Shown: positions 26,470 through 41,227 of the stretch, piece by piece | Position numbering within the stretch: position 1 is the first letter of the stretch | Layout: each line of letters begins with the position of its first letter | From: the human T2T-CHM13v2.0 reference genome, Homo sapiens | NCBI RefSeq assembly: GCF_009914755.1 | Contig: NC_060947.1 | DNA: 64,000 nt | Direction: 5' to 3' (one strand) | Notes under the pieces: generated by a model | Told to the model about the DNA's origin: nothing | Databases searched by the model: none | What the model saw: only the letters and a program-made list of their open reading frames with translations | Made by a program: the position numbers and the translations under genes

Positions 26470-26900
26470 GATTAGAATAATTTTAAAGCCTGAAGGGACA
26501 GAATAGGCTGTTTAACATGTCTTTCATTTTATAGGTGAAGAAATATGCTCAGTGAGTATGAGTAATTTGTCCAAAGCTGCACATCTTTGAGCACAGTGGC
26601 AAGGTGGATTAAATCCTTCTCTCTTTTTTTAGACAGAGTCTTGCTCTGTTGCCCAGGTTGGAGTGCAGTGGTGCAAACTTGGCTCACTGCAACCTCCGCC
26701 TTCCAGCTTCAAGCAATTCTCATGTCTCAGCCTCCACACCTGGCTATTTTTTTGTATTTTTAGTAGAGACAGGGTTTCGGCATGTTGGCCAGGCTGGTCT
26801 TGAACTTCTGGCCTCAAGTGATCCACCGGCTTTGGCCTCCCAAAGTGCTGGCATTACAGAATCCTTTTTCTCTTGACTCCTAATTTAACATGCACACCAC
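26470..26900 (-). mobile_element. MIR-family SINE interrupted by an Alu
   Basis: Antisense core cattttataggtgaagaaa...ctcagtgag...agtaatttgtccaaagctgcaca; resumes tcttgactcc after the Alu. Confidence 0.6.
26626..26859 (-). mobile_element. AluS/J, 5'-truncated by ~22 nt with a ~30-bp internal deletion
   Basis: Ends at ...GCATTACAG; junction CAGCCTCC|ACACCTGGCTA; TSD aatcctt..tctctt on both sides. Confidence 0.9.
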
Positions 26901-27099
26901 TGTAACCATAATTAAGCAACCTAGTCCTGTGGCTACTTTATATGGTAACAATGTACAACTTAAATGTAGTTTATGAACAAAAGTCTTACATGTATGTTCT
27001 TATACATTTTTGACTCTGAATTTTTATTTGTGTCATCTTTATTAAGTTACTCTGCACTAATTCCCATGGACATATAATACTCTTACAGATAAAACTGCA

Positions 27100-27320
27100 A
27101 TAGATAACAGATGTAGTGCTTATTTTATGTTACATACTATCCCAAGTACTTTACATAGAATTTACAAGTCTGTGAGGCATGGACTACTATTATTCTCATT
27201 TTACAACTGAGAGTATTGAGACACAAAAACTCTCTGGTTACCGAAGATCACACAGTAACCACACGATATCCTGGTATGTTAACTCAAACATTGTAACTTC
27301 CGAGTTCATACTCAATAAAG
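27100..27320 (-). mobile_element. MIR
   Basis: aagtactttacata...tgtgaggc...tactattattctcattttaca. Confidence 0.65.
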
Positions 27321-27879
27321 GCAGATATCAAATACAGTTCTATTAATCAAATCATTCTACAGTTTATTTTCAGACTACATGTAGTGGCAAGAAATAATCT
27401 GGTATCCCAAAACATGAGGAAAATTAGATGTAACTGTTGAAAACACTTAAAAATTATATTTAAAGGAAATCTGATGAAAATATCAAATAAGTCTTAAAGT
27501 GCAAATACTATGACAAAATTATGATATTTACTTGTAATGTTTTCTTTTTAGACCAAATTTTAAGAGAAGAAATTTCCTGTTAGCTGCCTTGTTTTTAGGC
27601 AATGAACATCTCCCTAAGATGACTAAAATTGTATACATGTACAATTTGATGCTGCACATACATTTAATTATTAAGAAAATCATTCAGTGTAATTTGTCAT
27701 GATTACTTAAATAAATCTTTGGTAAGTTCATTATAAAATAAATTTTTATCTGCCAATACAGTTGTGTTATAAATTTTTATCCTAAGTAATTTGTCATCTA
27801 TAAATTTTTAAAAATTTAATTTAGATTCCATTTTATATCTTGGAAACACACACAAAAAATCTCATAATTCCCTCACCTG

Positions 27880-28960
27880 TAACATTTACAAAACATACTA
27901 CATGCACATTAGCCCAAAATTTAAACAATGCAGACAGATATAATGGAAAGTAAAAGACTCCCTAGTTCTTCCTAGTCCTAATCTCCAAAGGTTAATGCTC
28001 TTAAAATTTCTTGCACGTTCTTCCAGATTAAATACACACACATATACAGACATACAAACATCCCTGTTTAAATGCACATAATGCAATTTCTTTTTATTTA
28101 TGGGAATGGTATGATACGCTACTGTACTTTAGAGATTATAATAAGCTTTGTTTTTTTTTGTTAGTATCTTTACTCATCTGCACATACAGATTTACTTTAT
28201 TATTTTAATGGTTACATTTTATTGCATGTTCTCTATTATTTTTATAAAAAAAATATATACAAACTCCCAAAGTATCTATAAACACTATAATATTATGATA
28301 ATGTTATTTATCATAAACAGTTTTAAGATTTATATCTATCTATCTCTATATAGATAGTTATCTGTGTGTATACACAGTTTTCTACTATTAAAAACAATGT
28401 TGCAAAGAAAATCAATGCTCATAGATCTTTACATATTTTGGCTAAGAAATACAGAAAGTAAATCTATAGCAATGAAATTTTTGCATCAAACAGTATGTGA
28501 ATGTACTATTTTGATAGGTATAACTAAACTACCCTATAAAAAATTCAACCAATTTAGATTTTCATCAGCTATGTTTGAGAGTGCTTTGCTTTTTCAACTG
28601 TCAACAATACTGGGTTTTTATTTGTTTTAGTTTTAGCCTTTCAGATAATTCAAAATTATGTCTCATGTGGATATGGATTTTTTAAATTAAGAGGGAGTTT
28701 TAAACACAAAGTTCCTTCTATTTCTTTTTTGTTATTAAGTGACCCGATCACACCCTTTGCCCATTTAAAAAACATTAAGTTGTTTGCCTTTTTATTTTTC
28801 TGATGTAGGTGTTCTTTTTAAATTGGGAAATTATCTATTTGTTTCCTGCAAGTGCTGCGTTTTCTTGCTGGTTTTTCATTTGTCTTTTGATTCTATTTCA
28901 GTTATCTTATTCTATGCACTATTTTAAAATTGTTATAAGATAAAATTTATTATCAATGTT
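27880..28960 (-). mobile_element. Old L1ME 3' fragment
   Basis: Degraded antisense L1 3' motifs (ctttgcccattt; aaaacaatgttgcaaagaaaatc; ccaatttagattttcatcagctatgtttgagagtg). Confidence 0.6.
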
Positions 28961-28997
28961 TAGTTCCCCTTGTTAAAGCCTCAAAATTATAAAGTTA

Positions 28998-29034
28998 AAG
29001 TTTATTATTGACATCTTATGTCAATAATAAACTT
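28998..29034. repeat. Perfect inverted repeat, 17-bp arms with a 3-nt spacer
   Basis: AAGTTTATTATTGACAT-CTT-ATGTCAATAATAAACTT. Confidence 0.97.
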
Positions 29035-29161
29035 GGTCTAAAACAGCAGATTTGATGTACTGTAAGTAGAAGTCTTTCCTCTACAGTTTAATTCAGTCAA
29101 TTGAAGACAGCATCAAAGTTTCTGCTTCACCTGTTCCTCTTCATCTTCTGGGCCTCTGAAA

Positions 29162-29684
<523 letters not shown>

Positions 29685-29689
29685 TCTAA

Positions 29690-30728
29690 TCGTCAGATTT
29701 CTCCAGGCTCAGTACACAAGTTCTTGGACCTCCTTTGAACCTCTTTTTTATATCTGCACCCACTTCCCTAATGATCTCATACCTTGACTCTAAGTACTGC
29801 CTTTACACTGATGGCTCCTAACTTAATATCTTCAATCTAGACCTCATTCTTGAACTACAGACTTGTATTTCCAACTGCATAGTCTACAACTTCCCCATAT
29901 GGATGTCTAATAGATATCTTAAATCTAATAAGTGAAAGGCTAAACTCTTGAATTTTGCACCTATCTGCTCCTCCTCCACACTTTTCTATCTTTAAATGGC
30001 ACCACTATCTACATATTTGCTTCAACCAAAAATTTAACCATTACCCTTGAGTTTTCTTATTTCTTTATCTCTTGCTCAATTCAGTCTGTGAATATCCAAT
30101 CTGCTCTACCTCTGAAATATATTCTGAGTCCATCCACTAATCTTCATTTCCACCACCATTGTCTTGGCCCAAGTTCTCATATTTTCTTGCCTGGATTATT
30201 GCAATAGCTGCTGCTTCCACCCTTGTTCCTTCCACCATGTCCTTCTCTACACAACAACCAGAATTATTTCAAAACATAAGTAAGATCGTGTTATTTCTCT
30301 ACTCAAAACCCTGCAATGACCTTCCATCTCATTCAGTGTAAAATGCCCTTACAATAGCCTCCAGGACGCTATATAACCACAGCACCTTCATCACCACTTT
30401 CATTAGTTCATATCCTGTTCTTTCTCCTTTACTCATTCCATCACATTTGTTTCATTTCTCATCTATGTAAATACCAAGCATCCTTCCACCTTGGGAATTT
30501 TGTGTTGCTGTTCTTTGTCTGTCATATGATGTGCCCCCAATATCTGCATGATTTATGGCCTTCATTTCTGTCAGATCTAGGCTCAAATCCCATCTTATCA
30601 GAAAGACTATCAATGCCCCCATCTGTAATAAAATAGAACTCTCCCTCCACTAGCACTGGCGCTCTCTAAACCCCTTACTTTGCTTTATTTTTCCTTTTTA
30701 AGCATTTTTCACCACTGGGCATAATGTA

Positions 30729-30772
<44 letters not shown>

Positions 30773-30962
30773 TATGTATTTATCTACTTACATATTTACT
30801 TTTTTTAAGTCCTTATCCCCTAGAGTGTAAGTTTTATGAGGACAGGAACTTTGAGTGTGTATATGTGTGCACATTTACTACTGTGTCTCCAGCACTTAAT
30901 GCAGAGTCTGGCACATAGTAGGACCTGAATAAATATTTGTTGAATAAAGGAATAAATTGAAT
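29690..30962 (+). mobile_element. L2a 3' part
   Basis: tggatgtctaatagatatctt; ctcaaaaccctgcaatgacctt; terminal TCTGGCACATAGTAGG...AATAAATATTTGTTGAAT. Confidence 0.88.
30731..30770. repeat. (TG)20 microsatellite
   Basis: Perfect repeat, read directly. Confidence 0.97.
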
Positions 30963-31218
30963 CCATAAATCATTCTTCACAATGTCTATTTAGCATTTTT
31001 CCTCTTCCTCAAGCTCCAATCTTCTGCTTTCCCCTCTACATAGTTCACTTAGAAAAAAATTGCCATCACACTGTTCTTAAAGACTATCAAGTATAAAATT
31101 CTCAAACTATTCCTCTTCCATCTAAAATTTTCCTGATTTCTACACTAAATTTTTAATATAGCCTGTTATTTTAGAGGCATCTCTTTACTTATATAATCAA
31201 CAACTGTTGTTGATTAAA

Positions 31219-31385
31219 GGCAGATTAGTGCGATCACTAAAAGCGTGGTTCTTGGAGTCATCTCTTTCGCTCTAGTGTATACATAAAGCAAGTTACCTAA
31301 TGTCTCTTTGCCTCAGTTTTCTCATCTACAAGATGACAGCAATAATAATACCTATTTCATAGGATTATTTAGAGAACTGAATGGC
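31219..31385 (+). mobile_element. MIR
   Basis: Core GCAAGTTACCTAATGTCTCTTTGCCTCAGTTTTCTCATCT...TACCTATTTCATAGGATT. Confidence 0.85.
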
Positions 31386-31417
31386 TTTAGTTGAAACATG
31401 CAATCAAATTCATTGTG

Positions 31418-31520
31418 ATCATCATCATCAAAACAATCATATAGCATATGACATATGCCAGATAGTATTCTAAGCACTTTGAATATATTATACATCTTGT
31501 TCTCACTTCATCTTTATAAT
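31418..31520 (-). mobile_element. MIR 3' fragment
   Basis: atgccagatagtattctaagcacttt. Confidence 0.5.
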
Positions 31521-31779
31521 ATATCTATGGTTGTTAATGCTCTTTCTTTGTCCTTCTTTATTGTTATGTATTTGTCATGGTTGGACATTCCTCTTTGAAG
31601 TACTTTGACTCATGCAGGATTTTCTTCTCCAGTATGTCAATATAATTTCTTTAGTATCACCTCATTTTTCTACCTCATAGTGTGATATACCACATATTTA
31701 TTGAATGTTTATTTATTTTCTGTTCACTACTGCTGAAGAATTTACTGTGCTAGGCACTATAGAGATTTTGATTATACAT

Positions 31780-32300
31780 GTTATCACCATTTAAAAAGTC
31801 ATACTGTCCAGTGCTAGCAAGGTAATCATATATCCTTTTTGGTGGCATTTTAAAATTGGAAAGAAATATGGATGTATATACCAAGGCCAGTAAAGACATG
31901 CACGGTCTGTGACCAAGTATGGCTTGTTATAGAAATATATCCTATATAATTGAACATATTCTTTGTAGCATCATATAGGAGAGAAAACAACTGAAAATAT
32001 TCTACATGTTAAAGAGTAGGTTAAAAGCACATGTTGATTATTTAATAAATTAATACTGAATAAAAGTATGCTATATTATCTGAATTAAATATTTTGCCAC
32101 TGTTAAAACTTATATTGAAGAAAATTATATAGAAACATGGAAATATTTATAAGGTATTGTTTTCTAAAGTATACAACTAGATATACCAAATTATTTCAAT
32201 CATGTAGAAGATATTTTAATACAGGCAAAAATTGGAAAATAATAATTTGACAAGAAGTTACGATAAGATGTGATATTTTGAATTAATGTTTTCTTTTCTC
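31780..32300 (+). mobile_element. Old L1ME 3' fragment
   Basis: tctgtgaccaagta...tagaaatatatcct; gaaaacaactgaaaatattc...; aacatggaaata. Confidence 0.5.
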
Positions 32301-32908
32301 GAACTGTCAATAATATCAGTGTTTCTATTGATTTTATTTTTAAATTTTTAATTTCTGATTTTTTAATTTTTGTGCATACATAGTAGTTATATTTATGGGA
32401 TGCATGAGATATTTTGCTACAGGCATGCAATATGTAATAATCATATAAGGGAAAATTGAGCATCCTCTCAAGTATTTATTCTTTGTACTGCAAACAATCC
32501 AATTACACTCTTTTAGTTATTTTTCACGTACAATTAAATTGTTATTTACTGTCACCCTGTTGTACTATTAAATACCAGTTTTCATTCATTCTTTCCTTTT
32601 TTTTTTCTACCCATTAACCATCTCCATCTCACACCCACCACCCCACCACCACTCCAAGCCTCTGGTAACCATTCTTCTACACTCTATCTCCGTCAGTTCA
32701 ATTGTTTTGATTTTTAGATCCCACAAATAAGTGAGAACATGTGATGCATGTCTTTCTATGCCTGGTTTATTTCATTTAACATAATGATCTCCAGTTTCAT
32801 ACATGCTGTTGCAAATGACAGGATCTCATTCTTTTTTTCTGGGCAAACAATACTCCAGTGTGTATATGTACCACATTTAACTCCATCCATTTATCTTTTG
32901 ATGCACAC

Positions 32909-33285
32909 TGATATGATTTGGCTATGTCCCCACCCAAAATCTCATTTTCAATTGTAATCACCATAATCCCCACATGTCAAGGGAGAGACCAGGTGGAGAT
33001 ATTTGAATCATGGGTGTGGTTTCCCCCATGCTGTTCTTGGAATAGTGAGTAAGTTCTCATGAGATCTGATGATTTTATAAGTGTTGGGCAATTTCTTCCT
33101 TTGGTCATTCTCTCTCCTGCTGCCTTGTGAAGAAGGTGCCTGCCTCCCCTTCACCTTCCACCGTGATTGTAAGTTTCCTGAGGCCTCCCAGTCATACAGA
33201 ACTCTGACTCAATTAAACCTCTTTTCTTTATAAATTACCCAGTCTCAGATACTTCCTTATAGCAGTGTGAGAACAGACTAATACA
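32909..33285 (+). mobile_element. THE1D-like solo LTR
   Basis: TGATATGATTTGGCT...GACTAATACA; TSD cacac/gacac. Confidence 0.92.
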
Positions 33286-36200
33286 GACACTTAGGTTGCT
33301 TCCAAATGTTAGCTATTTTAAATAGTGCTGGAACAAACATAGAAGTGCAGATATCATTTTGGTACACTGATTTTCTTTCTTCTAGGTATATGCCACCAAT
33401 GGGAATGCTGGATCGTATAGTAGCTCTATTTTTGGTTTTCTGAGAAACCTCCAAACTCCTCTCCATAGTGGTTGTACTAATTTACATTTTGACCAATAGT
33501 GGACAAGAGTTCCATTTTCTCCACATCCTCTCCATCATTTGATATTGCCTGACTTTTGGATAAAAACAATTTTTACTGGGGTGAGATTATATCTCCTTGT
33601 AGTTTTGCTTTGCATTTTTCTGATGATCAATGATGTTAAGCACCTTTTCATATTCCTGTTTGCCATTTGCATGTCTTCTTTTGAAAAATATCTGTTCAAA
33701 TCTTTGGCCTATTTTTAAATTGACTTACTAGATTTTTTTTCCTATAGAGTTGTTTCAGCTCCTTATATATATATTCTGGTTACTAATCTCTTGTCAGATG
33801 AGTAGTATGCAGATATTTTCTTTCATTCTGTAGATTGTTTCTTCACTTTGTTGATAGTTTCTTTTGCTGTGCAGAAGATTTTTAACTTGATGTGATCTTA
33901 TTTATTTTTGCTTTGGTTGAATGTGCTTGTGGGGTATTACTCAAGAAATTTTTGCACAGACCAATGTCCTGGAGAGTTTACCTAATATTTTCTTATAGTA
34001 GTTTCATAGTCTGAGGTCTTAGATTTAAGCTTCTAATCCAGTTTGATTTTATTTTTGTATATGACAAGAGATAGGAATCTGGTTTCATTCTTCTGCCTGT
34101 GGATATCCAGTTTTCCTAGCACCATTTACTGAAGAGATTGTCTTTTCCCAAGCATATGTTCTTGGCATATTTGTGAAGAATTAATTCACTGTAAATGTGT
34201 GGATTTGTTTGTGAGTTCTTTATTCTGTTCCATTGGTCTATGTGCCTTTATTTGAGCCTGTACTATGCTGTTTTAGTTACCATTGCTCTGTAGTATAATT
34301 TGAAATCAGGTAATGTGATTGCTCTAGTTTTGTTCTTTTTGCTTAGTATAGCTTTGGCTATTCTGGGTCTTTTGTGTTTCCATATAAATTTTAGGTTGTT
34401 TTTTCTATGTCTGAAGAATGTCATTGATATTTTGATAGAGATTGCATTGAATCTGTAAATTACTTTGGGGAGTAGGGACAGTTAAACAATATTGATTCTT
34501 TTAATTCATGAACATGAAATATCTGTCAATTTATTTTGTATCCTCTTTGATTTCTTTCATCAGTCATTTATGGTTTTCATTATAGAGATCTTTCACTTTT
34601 TTGGTTAAGTTAATTTTTAGGTATTTAATTTAATTTGTGACTGTTGTAAATGAGATTACTTTTTCTTTCTTTTTTCTGATTGCTCACTATTGGCATATAG
34701 AAATGCTATTGATTTTTGTATGCTGATGTTGTATCCTGCATCTTTACTAAATTTGTTTATCAGTTCAAATAGTTTTCTTGTGGAGCCTGTAGGATTTTCC
34801 AAATATAAGATTATATCATCTGCAAACAAGGATAATTTGACTTCCTTCTTTGCAATTTTGATGTCCTTTATATCTTTCTCTTGCCTGATTTATCTAGGTA
34901 GGCTATGCTGAATAACAGTGGCAAAAGTGGGCATCCTTGTCATGTTTCACATCTTAAAAGTCTTTCAATTTTTCTGTATTCAGTATGATAGTAGCTTTGG
35001 GTCTGTCATATTTGACTTGTATTATGTTGATGTATGTTTCTTCTATACTGTTTTTTGAGAGTTTATATCATGAAGGAATGTTGAATTTTATCAAATGCTT
35101 TTTTGATATCAATTGAAATGATCACACAGTATTTGTTCTTCATTCTGTGATATGATATATCACATTGATTTATTTACATCTGTTAAAGCATCCTTGAATC
35201 TGTAGGATAAATTTCAGCTAATCACAATAAACAATATTTTTAGTGAACTGTTGAATTCAGTTTGCTAGTATTTTATGGAGGAGTTTTGAGGCAATACTCA
35301 TCAGAGATATTGGTCTGTAGTTTTCTTTTTTGATGTGCCTTTGTGTGGTTTTGTTAGCAGGGTAATACTGGCTTTGTATAATGAGTTTGGAAGTACTCCC
35401 TACTTCTCTAGTTTTCAGAACAGCTTGAGTAGGATTGTTACTAGTTTTTCTTTAAATGTTTGGTAGAATTCAGCAGTGCAGCCATTGGGTCCCTGGATTT
35501 TCTTTACTGGGAGACTTTTTATTATGGCTTCAATTTCATTAGTTTTTTGTTTGTTCAGGTTATTAATTTCTTCATGGATCTATCTTGGCTTCTTGTATGT
35601 GTCTAGGAATTTGTCAATTTCTTCCAGATTTTCCAATTTATTGGTATAGTAGCTCACAGTAGCCACTAATGATCCTCTGAATTTCTGCAGTATCGATTGT
35701 AATGTCTTATTTTTCATCTCTGGCTTTATTTATTTGGGTCTTTTTATTTCTTCATCAGTATGGTTAAAGGATTCTCAATGTGGTTTATCTTTTCAAAAAA
35801 ACTTTTTTGCTTTGTTGATCTTTTGTATTACTTCCTTCATTCAAATTTATGTATTTCTGCTCTGATCTTTATTATTTCTTTTCATCTACAAATTTTGGCT
35901 TTGGTTTGCTCTTGTTTTCTAGTTTTTCTAGCTGCATCATTAGGTAATTTATTTGATTTTTTTATACTTATATGTATAATTTTCTCTGTTAGTACTACTT
36001 TTGCTGTATCCCATAGATTATGGTATGTTGTGTTTCTATTATGATTTGTTTCAATACCTTTTTTAATATCTTTTTAAATTTCTTCATTGACTCACTGGTC
36101 ATTCAGAAGCATATTGTTTAATTTCTATGTATTTGTGTAGTTTCTAAAATTTCTCAATTCATTGATTTTTAGTTTTATTCCATTGTGGTTGGAGAAGATG

Positions 36201-36713
36201 CTTGATATTATTTCAATTTTTTGCATGTTTTAAGACTTGCTTTGTGACCTAACATGTGATCTATCCTCAAGAATAATCCATGCTCTGAGAAAAAGAATGT
36301 GTATTGTGCAATCCTTGGATGAAATATTCTGTAAATATCTATTAGCTTTATTTGTTCTATAGTACAAATTAACTCTGATGTTTCTTTGTTGATTTTCTGT
36401 CTGGGAGATCTATCAAATGCTAAAAGTAGGGTGTTGACATCTCCTACAATGATTGTATTTGGTCCTATCTCTCTCTTTATCTCTAGTAATATTTTCTTTA
36501 TATATCTGGGTACTTCAGTGTTGAGTGCATATATATTTGCAATCATTATGTCCTCTTGCTATATTGACCCCTTTATCATTATATAACGACCTTTTTGTTC
36601 CTTCTTACAGTTTTTGTGCTGAAATCTATTTAGTCTGATATAAGTATAGCAACTCCTTTTTTGGTTTCTGTTGGCATGGAATATCTTTTACCATCCCTTC
36701 ATTTTCAGTCTAT

Positions 36714-37036
<323 letters not shown>

Positions 37037-38872
37037 TGAGGGGTGTTTCCTGTAGGCAACAGATCATTGGGTCTTGTTTTTTCAGCCACTCTATGTCTCT
37101 TTGTTAAAGAGGTTAGTCCATTTACATTCAGTGTTATTATTGATAAGTAGAGACTTATTCCTGCCATTTTGTTATTTGTTTTCTGATTGTTTTGCAGTCT
37201 TCTCTTCCTTCTTTTCTTCCATCTTGTCTTTTTTTAGTGAAAATGAATTTCCCTGGTGGTATAATTTAATTTATTCCTTTTCAGTTTTTGTGTATCTATT
37301 GAACGTTTTTTGATTTGTGGTTATCATGAGGCATGTAAATAATATCTTATAACTCATTATTTCAAACTGATGACAACTTAACACTTATTTCATAAACACA
37401 CAAACACACCAAAAGAAAACCAAAAAAAACCCTCTACACTTTAAGTTTGTCCCCTACTTTTGAACTTTTTTTTTGTTACTCTTTATGTCTTATTTTATTG
37501 TCTATGTCTTGAAAAGGTGTTGTGGTTATTATTTTTGATTTGTTCATCATTTAGTCTTTCTATTTAAGATAAGAGTAAATTATAAACTCTAATTACAGTA
37601 TTATACTATTTCGTGTTTGTCTTTGTGCTATTATCGGTGAATTTTATACCTTCAAATAATTTCTTCTTGATTATTAATATCTTTATCTATCAGAATGAAG
37701 AACTCCCTTGAGTATTTCTTATGGGACATGTCTGGTGATACAATTCTTCAGCTTCTGCTTGTCCTAGAAGGTATTTTTTTCTCCTTCATGTTTGAAGGAT
37801 ATTTTCATCAGATATACTATTCTAAGGTAAAAGGTTTAATTACTCAGCATTTTAAATGTATTATGCCATTCTCCCCTAGTCTGTAAGGTTCCCACTGAGA
37901 AGTCTGTTGCCAGACATACTGGAGCTGTGTTGTATGTTGTTTCTTTTTCTTGTTGCTTTTATAATTCTTTCTTTATTCTTGACCTTTGGGAGTTTGATTA
38001 TTAAATGTCTTGAGGTAGTCATCATTGAGTTAAATATGCTTAATGCTGTATAATCTTCTGTGCTTGGATATTGATATCCTTCTCTAGGTTTGGGTAGTTC
38101 TCTGTTATTATCCCTTTGAATAAACTTTCTATTCATATATTTTTTGCCACATTTTCTTTAAAGCCAATAGCTCTTAGATTTTCACTTTGGATGCTATATT
38201 CTAGATCCTATAGATGTGTTTCATTGTTTTTATTTTTCTCTCTTTTTTTCTCCTCTAACTGTGTATTTTCAAATACACTAAGCTCACCAATTCTTCAACT
38301 TGATCAATTCTTCCATTAAAGGATTATGAAGCATTTTTTCATGTGCCAATTTAATTTTTCAGCTCCATAATTTCTGCTATATTCTTTTTAATTATTTCAA
38401 TCTCTTTGTTAAATATATCTGTTAGAATTCTGAATTCCTTCTCTGTGTTATCTCAAATTTCTTTGAGTTTCCTCAAAATGGCTATTTTGAATTCTCTGTC
38501 TGAAAAGTAATATATCTCGGTTTCTCCAGGATTAATCCCTGGTTCCTTATTTAGTTCATTTCGTGAGTTCACATTTTCCTGGATGGTTTTCATGCTTGTA
38601 GATGTCTGTCAGTTTCTGAGCATTGAAGAATTAGGCATTTCTTAAAGTCTTCACAATCTAGGCTTGTTTGTGCCTGTCTCTCTTGTGGAGGCTTTCTAGG
38701 CATTTAAAGAGACTTGGGCTTCAAGCCCAATAGCACTATGGTTTTTGCAGTCTCATAGAGGTACCACCTTAGTAGTCTTGGATAATATTTGGATCAATTT
38801 TCTGGATTACTCCACAAAGACTCTTATTCTCTTCTGTTACTTTTTCTGCAACAAACAGACTCTCTCTCTCTC

Positions 38873-41227
38873 TCTGTTAGTCCATTTTCATGCTGCTATA
38901 AAGATGCTACAGGAGACTGGGTAATGTATAAAGAAAAGAGGTTTAATTGACCCACAGTCTTTATGGCTGAGGAGGCCTCAGGAAACTTACAATCATGGTA
39001 GAAGGGGAAGCAGGCATGCCTTGCACAGCAGCAAGTGAGAGAGAGCATGTGGAGAAGGAACTGTCAAACACTTATGAAACCATCAGATATCATGAGAACT
39101 CACTCACTATCATGAGAACAGGAAGGGGAAAACCACCCCCATGATCCAATCATCTCCCACCAGGTCCTTCCCCTGACACGTAAATATTATGAAGGTTACA
39201 ACTGGAGATGAGATTTGTGTGGGGACACAGAGCCAAACCATATTATTTCACCCCTGCCCCTCCTAAATCTCATATCCTCCTAACATTTCAAAACACAGCC
39301 ATGCCTTCTCAACAACCCCTCAGTGTCTTACCTTATTCCAGCATTAACCCAAAACTCCAAGTCTAAAGTCTCATCTGAGACAAGGCAAGTCCCTTCTGTC
39401 TTTGAGCCTGTAAAATCAAAAACAAGTTACTTCCAAGATACAATGGTAGTACAGGCATTGGATAAATGCTCGCATTCTAAATGGGAGAAAATTACCAAAA
39501 CAAAGAAACTACAGACCCCATGCACATCTGAAATTCAGAGACACAGTCATTAAATCTTAAAGCACCAAAATAATCTCCTTGGACTTCATGTCTCACATCC
39601 TGAGCATGCTGATGCAAAGGGTGGGCTCCCATGACCTTAGGCAGCTCCACTCCTGTGGCTTTGCAAGATACAGCACCCCCTACCCTGGTTTCTGTCACAG
39701 CTGGCATTGATTGTCTGTGACTTTTCCAGGTGCATGGTACAAGTTGTTGGTGGATCTACCATTCTGGAATCTGGAGGATGGTGGCCCTCTTCTCACAGCT
39801 CCACTAGGCAGTGCCCCAGTGGGGACTCCATGTGGGGGCTCCAGACTCACATTTCCCTTCTACACTGCCCTAGCAGAAGTTCTCCATGAGGATTCCACCT
39901 TGGGAGCAAACTTTTGCCTGGACATCCAGGCATTTCCATACATCCTCTGAAATCTAGGTGGAGGTTAATAAACCTCAGTTCTTGAATTCTGTGCACCCAG
40001 AGGCCCAACACCATGTGGAAGCTGCCAAGGATTGGAGATTGGACCCTCTGAAGCAATGGCCCAAGTTGTACCTCAGTCCTTTTTAGCCTGGGACACAGCT
40101 GGGACACAGGGCACCAAGAACCAAGGCTGCACAAAGCAGCAGGGCTCTGGGCCCCGTCCACGAAACCATTTTTTTCTCCTAGGCCTCCAGACCTGTAATG
40201 GGAGAAGTGGCCATGAAGATTTCCAATATGCCCTGGAAACATTTTTCATATTGTCTTGGCAATTAACATTTGACTCCTCATTACTTATGCAAATTTCTGC
40301 AGCTGACTTGAATTTCTCCCCAGAAAATGAATTTGTTTTTTCTACCTCATTGTTAGGCTGCAAACTTTTCTAACTTTTATGCTCTGCTTCCCTTTTGAAT
40401 AAATATTCCAGTTTCAGGTAATCTTTTTGGAAAGCATATGACCGAATGCTTTCAGAATCAGCCAGGTCACATCTTAAATGCTTTGCTGCTTAGAAATTTA
40501 TTCCACCAAATACCCTAAATCTTCTCTCTCAAGTTCAAAGTTCCACAGATCTCTAGGGCAGGGGCAAAATGCTTCCAGTCTCTTTGCATAGCAAGAGTGA
40601 CCTTTACTCCAGCTCCCAACAAGTTCCTCATCTCCATCTGAGACCACCTCAGCCTGGACTTTATTGTTCTTATCGCTATTTGCATTTTGGTCGAAACCAT
40701 TCAACAAGTCTCTAGGAAGTTCCAAACTTTCTCACATCTTCCTGTTTTCTTCTGAGCCCTCCCAACTGTTCCAACCTCTGCCTTTTACCCAATTCCAAAG
40801 TCATTTCCACATTTTTGGGGATCTTTATAGCAGTGCCCCAAACTCCTGGTACCAATTTCCTGTATTAGTCTGTTTTCACGTTGCTATAAGGAGATATCTG
40901 AGACTGGGTAATTTATAAAGAAAAGAAGTTTAATTGACTCACAGTTCAACATGGCTGGGGAGGCTCCAGGAAACTTACAATATGGTGGAAGGGGAAGCAG
41001 GCAAGTCTTACATGGCAGCTGCAAAGAGAGAGCATGTGAAGAAGTAACAAACACTTATAAAATCTTAAGATCTCATGAGAACTCACTCACTATCATGAGA
41101 ATAGCATGGGGAAAACCATTGCCATGATCTGATCACCTCCCACAAGGTCCCTCCCTTGACACGTGGGGATTATGCAGATTACAATTCAAGATGAGATTTG
41201 GGTCGGGACACAGTGCCAAACTTTGTC
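38873..41227 (-). mobile_element. Complete THE1D-like MaLR provirus (3' LTR ~38873-39245, internal ~39246-40860, 5' LTR 40861-41227)
   Basis: Two homologous LTRs around a ~1.6-kb internal region; CTGGTACCAATTTCC abuts the 5' LTR; inserted in the (CT)n tract of the L1MA 5' UTR (ctctc/ctgtc). Confidence 0.93.
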
